A stretch of DNA of 64,000 nucleotides, from the NCBI GenBank assembly GCA_965223545.1, contig OZ245006.1, positions 1,536,001 through 1,600,000 on the forward strand. Direction: 5' to 3'. The stretch is from Planctomycetota bacterium (GTDB lineage Bacteria; Planctomycetota; UBA1135; UBA2386). Positions within the stretch are counted from its first letter, which is position 1. Each line of letters opens with the position of its first letter. The notes beneath the pieces are model-generated. The model ran no database searches, had not been told where the DNA came from, and worked only from the letters and a program-made list of their open reading frames with translations. A program made the position numbers and the translations under genes. Shown here piece by piece: positions 1 to 11,292 of this stretch.

Positions 1-621
1 CGCTTCGGGCGTTACCTCATCTGGGTTTTCTTGCTCATCTCGGCGCCGTTCATCGCGTTCTGCGACACGATTTGGCTGCTCTACCTGGGAACGGAGGGGC
101 TCGAGAAGGCACACGACGTCAGCGCGGTGATGATCGTGCTCCTGGCGCGCGTCGTGTTCTCATTCTTGCAAGCCCCGATCGCCACCATCTCGTTCGCCAC
201 CGGCCACTCGCGCCCGCTCGGGCTGGCGGTCGCCGCGACCGAGCTGGTCGCCGCGATCGCCGTCACCTACGCGGTGCTGGTCGCCGACGGCGGTGCGCTC
301 GGCATGGCGATCGCCATCACCGCGACCTCCATCATCGCCCAGCCCACCGTGTTCTGGCCGCTCGGTCTGCGCATGACCGGCGCACGCATGCCCGAGTTCG
401 CGCGCCACGTGTTGGTGCCGGGCTTCGCGCCGCTGCTGCTCGCCGCACCCGTGTGGTGGGTGCTGTCGACCACGCTTTCGCCCCGCTTGGTTCCGACCCT
501 GTTTGGCATCGCTGCCGGCGCTGTCGTGTTCGCCGCCGCCGTCGTCTATCTGCTGCCGGCCAACGAGCGCCAACAGCTGCTGGGGGTGTTCCGCCGTCGC
601 CGGCCGGCCGATGCGCGCTAG
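1..621 (+). CDS. Polysaccharide flippase / MOP-family (Wzx-like) membrane protein, 5'-truncated by window edge
   Basis: Frame open from base 1; continuous hydrophobic helices; lies next to a sulfotransferase gene. Confidence 0.6.
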   Translation, partial: RFGRYLIWVFLLISAPFIAFCDTIWLLYLGTEGLEKAHDVSAVMIVLLARVVFSFLQAPIATISFATGHSRPLGLAVAATELVAAIAVTYAVLVADGGALGMAIAITATSIIAQPTVFWPLGLRMTGARMPEFARHVLVPGFAPLLLAAPVWWVLSTTLSPRLVPTLFGIAAGAVVFAAAVVYLLPANERQQLLGVFRRRRPADAR

Positions 622-707
622 TGGTGTGAATCAGAAATCTGCGGCATTCGTCGAGGCCATCCGCGGCCGTCGCGGCGTTGCCCAAGGATCCCGACTCGAG
701 TCGATTG

Positions 708-1682
708 CTACGGCGCCTTGAGCAGGATCGACTTGAGCCGGCGGCGCAGCTCGGGGCTGATCGCCTCCTTGACGCTGGAGACGACGTTGGTCACCCCGTC
801 GTAGGTCCGCAGCCGCAACGGCTTGCGCACCCGCGGAGTGATCCGCTCGTAGCCGATCCGGTCCATCGCCTCCTGCGCGATGTACTCGATGACGCGCACA
901 TCGGCGGCCGCGACCTCGTCGCGCCACGCCTCGGCGCTGCCCTTGCGGATGAAACCCTGCGGGGCGTCGACCTTCTGCCGCATCTTGTCGATGGCACACT
1001 CGTCGTAGCAGCGCTGCGCGAGCTCGGCATCGGCCTCGAGGCCCAACCACTCGAACAACTCGAGCACGCCCGCCGCGCCGCCACTCAGCAAGTCCTCGTA
1101 ACGGACGTGCTTGTAGCGATCGGTCTGCTGCGCCAGCTCGACTCCCATCGCGTCGTACTCACACCAGCGCCGCGCCAGGTGAACGGCACTGCCGGTGAAG
1201 CCGTTCTCCTTGGCCCAGCTCTTGAGCGCCTTGCGCCAGGACGCGAACACGGCGCGCGGGTCGCGCACGATGTGCAGGAAGTACGCGTCCGGGTACATCC
1301 GCAGGATGAGCTCGTGGAAACCGAGGTTCTCCGCGGTCTGGTCCGCGACCACTTGCGTGCCGGGCTGCACGGCGGCGATCTTGTCGTAGACGATGTCCGC
1401 GATCCGCCGCGCCATGTCGTAGTAGTTGTCCGACCCCAGGGTATCGGGCAGCTTGCGGTGGTTGATCGGCGCCTCGCCGGTCGCCGCGTTGGCGCCGGTG
1501 ATCACCCGCCGGCCCCAGCCGCGGTTGTTGTGCCACCAGGCCTCCAACGGCTCGATGGCGTGGAACAGACCCACCTGCTGCGCGCCGACGACGGCGGGGT
1601 GCTCGGCGAGGAGATACATCGCCCAAGTGGTGCCACTGCGCGGGCAGCCCACCACGAACACACGCTTCAGCGGAGCGGTCAT
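708..1682 (-). CDS. Sulfotransferase family protein
   Basis: 5'-PSB loop VFVVGCPRSGTT, 3'-PB motif IVRDPRAVFAS, VRYEDL, RKG...WR. Confidence 0.92.
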   Translation of the reverse strand: MTAPLKRVFVVGCPRSGTTWAMYLLAEHPAVVGAQQVGLFHAIEPLEAWWHNNRGWGRRVITGANAATGEAPINHRKLPDTLGSDNYYDMARRIADIVYDKIAAVQPGTQVVADQTAENLGFHELILRMYPDAYFLHIVRDPRAVFASWRKALKSWAKENGFTGSAVHLARRWCEYDAMGVELAQQTDRYKHVRYEDLLSGGAAGVLELFEWLGLEADAELAQRCYDECAIDKMRQKVDAPQGFIRKGSAEAWRDEVAAADVRVIEYIAQEAMDRIGYERITPRVRKPLRLRTYDGVTNVVSSVKEAISPELRRRLKSILLKAP

Positions 1683-1775
1683 GCGGCCAGGAAGGTTACA
1701 CCGGCCCCCCGGCCCACGCGGGCGATTCCCACCGGCACCATCGGATCCACCGCCGGCCGCGCCGGCTCCCGGCCG

Positions 1776-3194
<1,419 letters not shown>

Positions 3195-3200
3195 CGCCGC

Positions 3201-3653
3201 TCAGGCGCCGGCCTCGGCCGCCGACACGCACTCCCGGCAGTGGCCGAACAGCTTGAGGCTGTGGCTGTCGATGCGGAACCCGTGCCGCTCAGCGGCCAGC
3301 TCCTGCCGCCGCTCGAGCTCGTCGTCGCGGAACTCGATGATGCACCCACAGCGGGTGCAGACCATGTGGTCGTGGTGCGGATGGCCCAGCACGTGCTCGA
3401 ACTTGCGGCCGCCGTCTCCCGTGTCCAAGCCCTCGACGAAGCCGGCCTCCTCCAGCATCGACAGAGTGCGGTAGACGGTCGCCCGCGACACTCCGGAGTC
3501 ACGCTGCTGGCACGCCGCCAGCAGCTCGTCCGCGGTGAAGTGCGCGTGGGTGTCGAACGCCATCTCGGCAATCAAGCGCCGCTGTGGCGTCCAGCGCAAC
3601 CCTTGGCTGCGCATGTGCTGCTCGACCACCCGCAGCTCGTCGGCCTGGTCCAT
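3201..3653 (-). CDS. fur: Fur-family transcriptional repressor
   Basis: TPQRRLI, HFTADEL, SRATVYRTL, HHDHMVCTRCG, GHCREC; metal specificity not determinable; ATG 3653 preferred. Confidence 0.9.
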   Translation of the reverse strand: MDQADELRVVEQHMRSQGLRWTPQRRLIAEMAFDTHAHFTADELLAACQQRDSGVSRATVYRTLSMLEEAGFVEGLDTGDGGRKFEHVLGHPHHDHMVCTRCGCIIEFRDDELERRQELAAERHGFRIDSHSLKLFGHCRECVSAAEAGA

Positions 3654-3686
3654 CGCCGCCCACAATAGCGAGCGGCGCGGCGCGGT

Positions 3687-4958
3687 TCACGACCCACCAC
3701 CGGCAATGTCGCGCCGGTAGTGGATGCCGCGGAAGTCGATTTGCTCGAGCGCCGCGTAGGCGCGCTGCCGCGCCGCCTCCACGGTGTCACCCAGCGCGGT
3801 CACCGACAGCACGCGGCCGCCCGCCGTGACCAGGTCCCCGCCGCGCCGCGCGGTTCCGCTGTGGAACACCTGCAGGTCGGGGCCGGTGTCGACCGCATCC
3901 AGGCCGCTGATCGACAGCCCCTTGCGGTAGTCGCCGGGATATCCCTCGCTGGTCGCCATCACGCAGACCGCCGGCCGCGGGTCCCAGCGCGGCGCCTCCA
4001 GCTGATCGAGCGTGCCCCGCGCCGCGTGCAGCATCAGCGGCACCAGATCGGACTGCAGCCGCATCAACAGCGGCTGGGTCTCGGGGTCGCCCAGCCGGCA
4101 GTTGAACTCGAGCACCCGCGGCCCGGAGCCGGTCAGCATCAAGCCGGCGTACAGAAAGCCCTGAAAGCGGCGCCCCTCGCGGTTGAGGCCGTGCACCGCG
4201 GGCACCAGCACTTGGTTCTCGATCTGCTGCAGGGCGCGCGACGCCACCGAGGGCACCGGGGAGTACGCCCCCATGCCGCCCGTGTTGGGGCCAGCGTCGC
4301 CATCGTTCACCGCCTTGTGATCGCGGGCCGGCTCGAACGGCACGATCGTGGTGCCGTCGGTCAGCGTCATCACCGACAGCTCCCGCCCCTCGAGACACTC
4401 CTCGATCACCACCGTGCTGCCGGCGTCGCCGTAGCGGCGATCCTCCATCAGCTCGCGCACCGCGCGCTGCGCCTCGGCCGTCGAGCGCGCCACCACGACC
4501 CCCTTGCCCGCCGCCAAGCCGGACGCCTTGACGACGATCGGGCCTTCGGCGCGGTTCTCGAGGAAAGCCAGCGCCTGGCCGGCGCGCTCGAACACCCAAA
4601 ACGCCGGCGACGGGATCTTGTTGCGGCGGCACAGCTCGCGGGCGAACACCTTGCTGCCCTCGACCTCGGCCGCGCCGCGGTTGGGCCCGAACGCGGTCAG
4701 ACCGGCCGCGGTCAGCCGATCGACGAGCCCCGCGCACAGGGGATCCTCGGGGCCGACCACGGTGAGGCCGACCTCGTGCTCGCGCGCGAAGTTGCAGATC
4801 GCATCCAGATCGTCGGCCGCGATGTCGACGCACTCGGCGATGGCGGCAATGCCGCCGTTGCCCGGTGCACAGTAGATCTTGTCGACCATCGGCGACTGCG
4901 CGATCTTCCAGCACAGGGCGTGCTCGCGCCCGCCACCGCCGACCACCAGAACGTCCAT
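3687..4958 (-). CDS. purD: Phosphoribosylamine--glycine ligase
   Basis: MDVLVVGGGGREHAL start, VVKASGLAAGKGV, GPNTGGMGAYSP, EFNCRLGDPETQ, GGRVL. Confidence 0.97.
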   Translation of the reverse strand: MDVLVVGGGGREHALCWKIAQSPMVDKIYCAPGNGGIAAIAECVDIAADDLDAICNFAREHEVGLTVVGPEDPLCAGLVDRLTAAGLTAFGPNRGAAEVEGSKVFARELCRRNKIPSPAFWVFERAGQALAFLENRAEGPIVVKASGLAAGKGVVVARSTAEAQRAVRELMEDRRYGDAGSTVVIEECLEGRELSVMTLTDGTTIVPFEPARDHKAVNDGDAGPNTGGMGAYSPVPSVASRALQQIENQVLVPAVHGLNREGRRFQGFLYAGLMLTGSGPRVLEFNCRLGDPETQPLLMRLQSDLVPLMLHAARGTLDQLEAPRWDPRPAVCVMATSEGYPGDYRKGLSISGLDAVDTGPDLQVFHSGTARRGGDLVTAGGRVLSVTALGDTVEAARQRAYAALEQIDFRGIHYRRDIAGGGS

Positions 4959-4990
4959 GGGCGGGATCTTAGCAAGCCGGTGCGCGGCGG

Positions 4991-5821
4991 TCACGCCACC
5001 GGCGCGCGGCGATAGACGCCGAGCAGGCACCGCTCCGGGTAGCCGAGGCGGAGCTTGCGCAGCCCGGTCCGGGCCAGCAGCTCTCCCCACTGCAAGAGCC
5101 GGAACCGGCCAAAGGTCCGGCAGTCATCGAGCTCGGCGAACAGCTCCTCGTCGAACCCTCCGCCGGCGAACACCGCCGCCAGGCTGCGCCGGGTGTTCAT
5201 CCGAAACCTGGTCGGGAAGGTGTCGCGCTTCTCGGTGCGCCACAGCACGCGCTTGACCGGCTGGTGCAGCCAGAACGGCACCAGCGCGGTCAGCAGCGGC
5301 ACCGGACTGAACCTGTTGACGGTGTAGACCACCACGCGGCCCCCCGGCCGCACGCACCGCCGCAGCGAGGCCACCACCGCGGCTGGGTCGTCGACGTGCT
5401 CGGCGACCATGCGCATCGTCACCAGATCGAAGTCCTCGCCGCCGGGATAGTCGTCGATCGTGCCCTGCACGCGCTCGTGGACGAACGGGTTCTCCTGCAG
5501 GGTCGGCGCCGGATCGACGCCGACCAACCGCGCGCACCGCTCGGCCAGGATCGCCGCCAACGGATGATTGCTGGGGAACAGATCGCGGCCACAGCCGACG
5601 TCGAGCCAGCAGGTCTGCTCGGTGACCAGGGAGTCGAGCAACGCCTCGTAGACGTCGTCCGGGGTGTAGTAGTCGAACCGCCGGCGCAGGCGCGGCGCCC
5701 AGCCGGTCTCGGCCGGATCACCGTACTTGAGTCCGAACAAGGCAGAGAGCGCCGCGTGGTCCGGCAGCCGGACCGCCTCAGGTCGTGGTGTCACGCGCGC
5801 CGGGGCCGGGGAAACACTCAT
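4991..5821 (-). CDS. Class I SAM-dependent methyltransferase
   Basis: WLDVGCG motif I; FDLVT...VAEHV...LRRCVRPGG. Confidence 0.85.
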   Translation of the reverse strand: MSVSPAPARVTPRPEAVRLPDHAALSALFGLKYGDPAETGWAPRLRRRFDYYTPDDVYEALLDSLVTEQTCWLDVGCGRDLFPSNHPLAAILAERCARLVGVDPAPTLQENPFVHERVQGTIDDYPGGEDFDLVTMRMVAEHVDDPAAVVASLRRCVRPGGRVVVYTVNRFSPVPLLTALVPFWLHQPVKRVLWRTEKRDTFPTRFRMNTRRSLAAVFAGGGFDEELFAELDDCRTFGRFRLLQWGELLARTGLRKLRLGYPERCLLGVYRRAPVA

Positions 5822-6752
5822 CGATGCGGGCCATGACCTCGGGGGAGAGCTCCACGTCGACGGCAGCGGCGTTCTCCTCCAGCTGCTCGATCGAGGTGGC
5901 GCCGATGATGACGCTGTTGACTTCCGGCCGGCGAAGGCAGAACGCCAGCGCCAGCTGACTCGGTGTGCACCCCGCGCTGGCCGCGATCTCGACCAGCTGC
6001 CCGGCGCGCGCCACGTTGGCGTCGGTCAGGTAGTGGTGGATGAACTGGTTGGCCTTGGCGTTGGCGGCGCGCGAGTCCGCCGGCGGTGCGGCGCCGGCGC
6101 GGTACTTGCCGCTCAGCACGCCCTGCGCCAGCGGCGAGAACACGACCTGACCGACGCCCACCTCCGCCGAGGCCGGCATCACCTCGTCCTCGATCTCGCG
6201 GCGCAGCAGGTTGTATGGCGGCTGGTTGGACACCGGCGGGTGCATGCCGCGGTCGCGGCACATCTGCACCGCCTGCACGATCAAGCGCGCGGGCCAATAG
6301 CTGACGCCCCAGTACAGGATCACGCCCTGCCGCACCAGATCGTCCATCGCCATCACCGTCTCGTCCAGCGGTGTCGCCGGATCCGGCCGATGGCACTGGT
6401 ACAGATCGAGGTACTCCAACTCCAGCCGGCGCAGCGATTGGTGCACCGACTCGACGATGTGCTTGCGCGACAAGCCGCGGTCGTTGACGTCGTCGCTCAT
6501 CGGGAAGAAGCACTTGCTGGCGACGACCAGGCGCTCGCGCCGCAGCCCGCGGATCGCCTGACCCAGCGCGCGCTCGCCCTCACCGGTGTTGTAGACGTCG
6601 GCGGTGTCGAAGAAGTTGATGCCGAGCTCGAACGCCCGGCGCACCAGCGTGTCGCTGCTGCGCTGCTCGATGGCGTTGCCGATCGTCAGCCACGAGCCCA
6701 GGCTGACCCGGCTGACGACCAGGCCGCTGCGGCCGAGATTGGAGTACTGCAT
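5778..6752 (-). CDS. Aldo/keto reductase (Kv-beta-like)
   Basis: MQYSNLGRSGLVVSRVSLGSWLT; FFDTADVY; SKCFFP; LYQCHRPD; FSPLAQGVLSGKY. Confidence 0.93.
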   Translation of the reverse strand: MQYSNLGRSGLVVSRVSLGSWLTIGNAIEQRSSDTLVRRAFELGINFFDTADVYNTGEGERALGQAIRGLRRERLVVASKCFFPMSDDVNDRGLSRKHIVESVHQSLRRLELEYLDLYQCHRPDPATPLDETVMAMDDLVRQGVILYWGVSYWPARLIVQAVQMCRDRGMHPPVSNQPPYNLLRREIEDEVMPASAEVGVGQVVFSPLAQGVLSGKYRAGAAPPADSRAANAKANQFIHHYLTDANVARAGQLVEIAASAGCTPSQLALAFCLRRPEVNSVIIGATSIEQLEENAAAVDVELSPEVMARIDECFPGPGARDTTT

Positions 6753-6784
6753 GGTGCGGGGCTTCGAGCGCCGCGGACGCGTCC

Positions 6785-8122
6785 CTACAGGAACGCGTCG
6801 CCGGCCGGCGCTCCTTCGGGTGCGTCGAGAACCAAGGCGTCGAGGTCGTCGTCGGATTCCACCAGCTGCTCGATCCACCAATTGGTGCCGTTGTACAGGC
6901 AGGTCACTTCGCGACACTCGCAGCTGGCGTCGAACTGATCCAGCTGCACCGCCGTGCGGCCGGCGGCCCGATCGGCGCTCCCGCCGCTGCTGTAGATGTC
7001 CTTCTCGCCGATGCGCGCCCGCTCGACGCCGCGGTAGGCGGGACAGTTGTAGACGCCCAGCGGAGTCACCACCTGACGCAGGGCCTGCATGTGGCAGGTC
7101 TTTGGCTGGTGGGTGAAGTCGTGCCAGGTATCGCGCATCAGCAGGCGCAGGTTGGTGCTCTCCAGCACCCGGAAGCCGTCGCGCTGGTAGGTCCGCGCCT
7201 CGGCGAGCGCGGTGCCGATGCGCCGCCGCACTTCCTCGAGCAAGGCCTCGGCCTGCTCGGGGTCCATGATCTCGGAGCCGCTGTCGCTGCGCACCAGGAA
7301 TGGCTTGAACGAGATGTAGTTGAAGCCGGCATCGCGCGCGCGCCGCGTCGCCATCACCATCTCGTCGATGTTCTCGACCACCTTGACGTCGTCGCGGGTC
7401 GCCCCGCGCCAGGTGATGATGAACGAGTAGCCCAGGTCGAAGTCGGGGTTCGCCGCCTTGATGCGCGGCCCCCAGCCGCAGATCTCGTCGAGGTCCAGCG
7501 TCGGCTTGGACGGGTTGTGCATGGCGCGGAACGTCGCGTTGCTGCCCGAGTCGAGCGACAGCCGCACCCAATCGCCCCGGGTCAACACCGGCGCGACCTG
7601 CAGGATGCGGTCATTGCGACTGCCGTTGCTGACGATCGCCACCTGCAGCCGCAGGCGCTTGAGGTGCTCGACGAAGGAGACGAAACCCGGGTACAGCGTC
7701 GGCTCGCCGCCACCGATGAGGATCACGCTGCGCAGGCCGCGCTCCGCCATGGTCTGCATCGCGTCGCGCAGCGCCTGGTCCTCGTGCTTGATCTTGCTGT
7801 TGAGGATGTCCCAGTCGATGCAGTGGTCGCACCGGTAGTTGCACGCGGTGGTGAGGTCGAGGTTGATCGACAGCGGCGCCCGCGCCGGCACCGGCGGCGG
7901 CGGCTCGCCGGCGGCCCGCGCCGCCCGCTGCGCCCTCTGCCAGCGGACGTACTCGGCGACCTGCGGCCACAGCTGCGGCTGGCGCAGCTTGCCGGTGAAG
8001 TCGTGCACGGCCTCGACCCGGACCGCGCCGGTGTCAGCCGCCGGCGTCCCAGGCGTCGATGACGGCGCTGTAGAGCCTGGCGCGCTCGACGATGTCTCGG
8101 GCATGGGTTCGCGTTCGCTCAT
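6785..8122 (-). CDS. Radical SAM protein with C-terminal SPASM/twitch-like Cys cluster
   Basis: CNYRCDHC (CxxxCxxC), GGGEPTL, SNGS, further Cys in TCHM, YNCP and CECREVTC; start uncertain (overlaps upstream gene). Confidence 0.88.
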   Translation of the reverse strand: MSEREPMPETSSSAPGSTAPSSTPGTPAADTGAVRVEAVHDFTGKLRQPQLWPQVAEYVRWQRAQRAARAAGEPPPPVPARAPLSINLDLTTACNYRCDHCIDWDILNSKIKHEDQALRDAMQTMAERGLRSVILIGGGEPTLYPGFVSFVEHLKRLRLQVAIVSNGSRNDRILQVAPVLTRGDWVRLSLDSGSNATFRAMHNPSKPTLDLDEICGWGPRIKAANPDFDLGYSFIITWRGATRDDVKVVENIDEMVMATRRARDAGFNYISFKPFLVRSDSGSEIMDPEQAEALLEEVRRRIGTALAEARTYQRDGFRVLESTNLRLLMRDTWHDFTHQPKTCHMQALRQVVTPLGVYNCPAYRGVERARIGEKDIYSSGGSADRAAGRTAVQLDQFDASCECREVTCLYNGTNWWIEQLVESDDDLDALVLDAPEGAPAGDAFL

Positions 8123-8996
8123 CGTCCGGCTCCCTCACTCCTCGCACAAAGTCCGCCACCAGCTCGCCCAGCGGATCGGGCACCGGCACCTCGCCGGTGG
8201 CCGCACGGTAGACGAGTGAGTAATCATCAGGGTCGATGCGCCGCTCGATCCGAGCGCCGTCGATCGCGATCCACTGCGGTCGCGGCTGCGCGGCGCGGAC
8301 GGCAAGATACAAGGTCGCGTGCAGCCGGGGGAAGGGAGTTTCGAGCTCCAGGTCGACGCGCGCGCGATCGGCGTCCGCGGCGACGCCGTCGACGGCCACG
8401 CGCACCACGCGGGTGGCCTCGGTGACCGGCACCAGCGCCTGCACGACGCTGATCAGGTGAGAGACGCTGTCGACCACCATCGCCCGCCCCGGTGCGCTCG
8501 GTGCCATCAGCATCTCGAGCCGCGTGGGCGGCGCCTGGCGAACGCCGGGGTGCAAGGCGTCGTAGGCGGGCAGCACGTAGGGCAGCTGACAATTCTCGCG
8601 CAGCGGCAAACGGCGCCGAACGAAGCCGCCCACCAGCTCCGCCAGCCGCCCGTGCGCCGCCGGATCCACCAGCGGCTTCTCGCACAGCGCCGGCACGCCG
8701 GCGGCCAGCGCCGCGCGCAGCGCGGTTTCGTGCGCCTCGATCGGGGCGGCGATCACGAGTGCGTCCAAGGGGGTGCTGCACAGCATGGTCACCAGGTCGG
8801 TGTGGGGCTCGACGGACTCGTCGAGTGCCGCGCCGAGCGCGCGCGCGTCGGCGGCGGTTCGCTCCGGATCGCGGCCGGCCACCGCGACCAGCTGCGCGCC
8901 GGCCGCCCGCATCTCTCGCGCCAAGAAAGGTCCCAGACCATTGCGGCGCCGACCGGGACCGACCAGCCCGTAGCGCACGCCCTGCACCGCCGTCAT
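8034..8996 (-). CDS. Gfo/Idh/MocA family oxidoreductase
   Basis: N-terminal Rossmann-like segment; LDALVIAAP..H; ALCEKPL motif. Confidence 0.8.
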   Translation of the reverse strand: MTAVQGVRYGLVGPGRRRNGLGPFLAREMRAAGAQLVAVAGRDPERTAADARALGAALDESVEPHTDLVTMLCSTPLDALVIAAPIEAHETALRAALAAGVPALCEKPLVDPAAHGRLAELVGGFVRRRLPLRENCQLPYVLPAYDALHPGVRQAPPTRLEMLMAPSAPGRAMVVDSVSHLISVVQALVPVTEATRVVRVAVDGVAADADRARVDLELETPFPRLHATLYLAVRAAQPRPQWIAIDGARIERRIDPDDYSLVYRAATGEVPVPDPLGELVADFVRGVREPDDERTRTHARDIVERARLYSAVIDAWDAGG

Positions 8997-9103
8997 CGCC
9001 CGGCAAGATAGCCGACCAGCAGCGCCACTCACAAGCGTTTCGCCGCGACCGCGGCGGCATTCGGCACTGGAGTCGGCGCGGGGCTTGGGTTAAGCCACGC
9101 GGC

Positions 9104-9949
9104 ATGCCGCGCCAGAAGAAGCCGCTCAAGGGCAAGCGATTGACCGCGAAGCAAGCCGACAAGCACACCCTCTACCAGCTGAGCGTGCAGGCACCGGAGG
9201 AGGACAGCAAGTTCTTCGCCCGACTGTTCAAGCGGCTGGCGGGCCGCCCGCTGCGACTCTTCCGCGAGGATTTCTGCGGCACCGCGATCCTGTCGTGCCA
9301 CCACGTGCGCAACCACAAGAAGAACCGCGCGCTGTGCGTCGACATTCACGCGCCGACCCTGGCGTGGGCCGAGGAGCACAACGTCGCGGCGCTTCCCGCC
9401 ACCGCGCGTGAGCGCGTCTCCCTCGTCTGCGCCGACGTGCTCGACGTCAAGCGCCCGCGCGCCGACCTCACCGCCGCGCTCAACTTCAGCTACTCGTGCT
9501 TCAAGGACCGCAAGTCGCTGTTGAAGTACGTCAAACGCGCCTACGCGGGCCTCGCCGGCGATGGCGTCTTCGTCATGGACGCGTGGGGCGGATCGGACAC
9601 CCAGCTCGAGCAGGTCGAGGAGCGCGAGATCGACGAGCAGGGCCACCGCTTCACCTACTGCTGGGACCAGCACCGCTTCGACCCGGTGTCGTACGAGACG
9701 ACCTGCAAGATCCACTTCGAGTTCGGCGACGGCAGCCGGATGGAGAACGCCTTCGTCTACGACTGGCGGCTGTGGACCCTACCCGAGCTGCGCGAGCTGA
9801 TGACCGAAGCCGGCTTCGAAGACGTCCACGTGCTCTGGGAGGGCACCGACACGGAGACCGACGAGGGCAACGGGGTGTTCCGCCGCGTGCGGCGCGGCGA
9901 AGCCGATGCGGCGTGGATCGCCTACGTCGTCGGCTGCAAGCGCCAGTAG
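9104..9949 (+). CDS. Class I SAM-dependent methyltransferase
   Basis: LYQLSVQ, FREDFCGTA, AALNFSY, F.YDWRLWTLPE; ATG 9104 inside the longer ORF. Confidence 0.8.
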   Translation: MPRQKKPLKGKRLTAKQADKHTLYQLSVQAPEEDSKFFARLFKRLAGRPLRLFREDFCGTAILSCHHVRNHKKNRALCVDIHAPTLAWAEEHNVAALPATARERVSLVCADVLDVKRPRADLTAALNFSYSCFKDRKSLLKYVKRAYAGLAGDGVFVMDAWGGSDTQLEQVEEREIDEQGHRFTYCWDQHRFDPVSYETTCKIHFEFGDGSRMENAFVYDWRLWTLPELRELMTEAGFEDVHVLWEGTDTETDEGNGVFRRVRRGEADAAWIAYVVGCKRQ

Positions 9950-9959
9950 TCGCGGACCG

Positions 9960-11189
9960 TCAGCGCCGGGGGTAGGTGGCGAGGACCCAGGCGCACCAAT
10001 CCTCGTCGAAGGACGCGGTGTCGAGACCGACCGCCTCGCGCAAGGCGTGGTCTTGCCGCTCGCGCAGGTGGCCCGGCGTCGGCACGGCGCCGTCGAACGG
10101 ATCCTTGAACACCGTGGCGAACGCCCCCAACGCGCCCTCGTCCCGCCGCAGCATGAAGTCCACCCGCGACCACGCCATGACGTGATCGATCCACTTCCAG
10201 TCGTCGAACCGCTGGCGACGGGCGAGCTCCTCGAGCGGCGTGAACTGCTCCGCCTTGCAGTAGGCGCGCACGATCGGCTCCCACCGCGTCTGCGTCCGGC
10301 GTTCGGCCTTGCCGTCGGCCTCGACGTTGAACACCGGATGCTCCGGGGCCACGCGCCGCGCGAACCACTGCGCAACGCCGTCCGCGAACCACAGCGGCAC
10401 GCCGTGGTTGTAGCCCCGGTAGCCGGCCAGCAGATTGGTCACCACGTTGAACACCAGCTGGCCGTGCAGCCGGACGTCGCTCTGGATGCTGGGCGGATCC
10501 AGCTCGAGCGCGGTGCCGAAGAACAGGCTGCCCGTGTCGCGGAAGTGATGCCGCATCGGGATCTCGGGCTGGGTCTTGGTCAGCCGACGGAAGAAGCGAC
10601 CGTAGCTCGAGGCGCGCGCCAACAGCAGCACCGTGTACTTGTCGGCCATGCCGAGGTAGGGTCCATCCCCCATGTAGCGCTCGCGCAGCGCGGCCTCGGC
10701 CGGGCTCGGCGGGAAGTCGCTGCGGGAGACGCCGAGCTTGGCCTGCACGTCGGCATACAGCTCCTCCAACCGCTGCGCCGTCAGGTGCAAGCGCAGCCAC
10801 GGGTCGAGCCGCCGCGCGACCTTGGGCACCTTGGGCAACCGCTTGCCCAACCGACGCAGCTCGGCGGTGATCTGCCCCCGCTGGCTCGGATCGAGCGCCA
10901 GCTCCGGCAACGACGTGCCGATGCGAAAATGCGCGGTCTCGACCCACAGCACGCGGACGCCGAGCAGCTTGTCCAACGACTTGGTGGTCTCGCCGCCGAC
11001 GAACTCGAACGGAGCGAAGCGCTCGTAGCCCGCCGCGAACATCGCGTCGGCGTCCCCTTTGGTGTAGGGGTCGTCGGTGGCTTCGCCGAGCTGCGCCGGC
11101 AGCCTCTCGGCCAATGCGACCGCCGCACCCAGCGCCCACAGCGCCATGGTGACCACTACCCGACAGCTCCGTCGCCAATCTTCGCGCAC
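9960..11189 (-). CDS. Secreted hypothetical protein with degenerate peptidase-MA-like motif
   Basis: Signal-like N-terminus (..ERLPAQ); VETAHFRI; PLWFADGVAQW but no HExxH; start may be 11147. Confidence 0.6.
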   Translation of the reverse strand: MREDWRRSCRVVVTMALWALGAAVALAERLPAQLGEATDDPYTKGDADAMFAAGYERFAPFEFVGGETTKSLDKLLGVRVLWVETAHFRIGTSLPELALDPSQRGQITAELRRLGKRLPKVPKVARRLDPWLRLHLTAQRLEELYADVQAKLGVSRSDFPPSPAEAALRERYMGDGPYLGMADKYTVLLLARASSYGRFFRRLTKTQPEIPMRHHFRDTGSLFFGTALELDPPSIQSDVRLHGQLVFNVVTNLLAGYRGYNHGVPLWFADGVAQWFARRVAPEHPVFNVEADGKAERRTQTRWEPIVRAYCKAEQFTPLEELARRQRFDDWKWIDHVMAWSRVDFMLRRDEGALGAFATVFKDPFDGAVPTPGHLRERQDHALREAVGLDTASFDEDWCAWVLATYPRR

Positions 11190-11292
11190 GACGCAGCACC
11201 ATAGCGAGGAAGCATTTCCGAGTAACCGCGATCGACCTGCGCCCCACCGAGAAGGCCGGTGCGGAGGTCGCGCGGTGCGCTACGATCCCGTT

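Noticed and set aside
692..703. Palindrome CGACTCGAGTCG between convergent genes
   Set aside because: Single short palindrome with no supporting context
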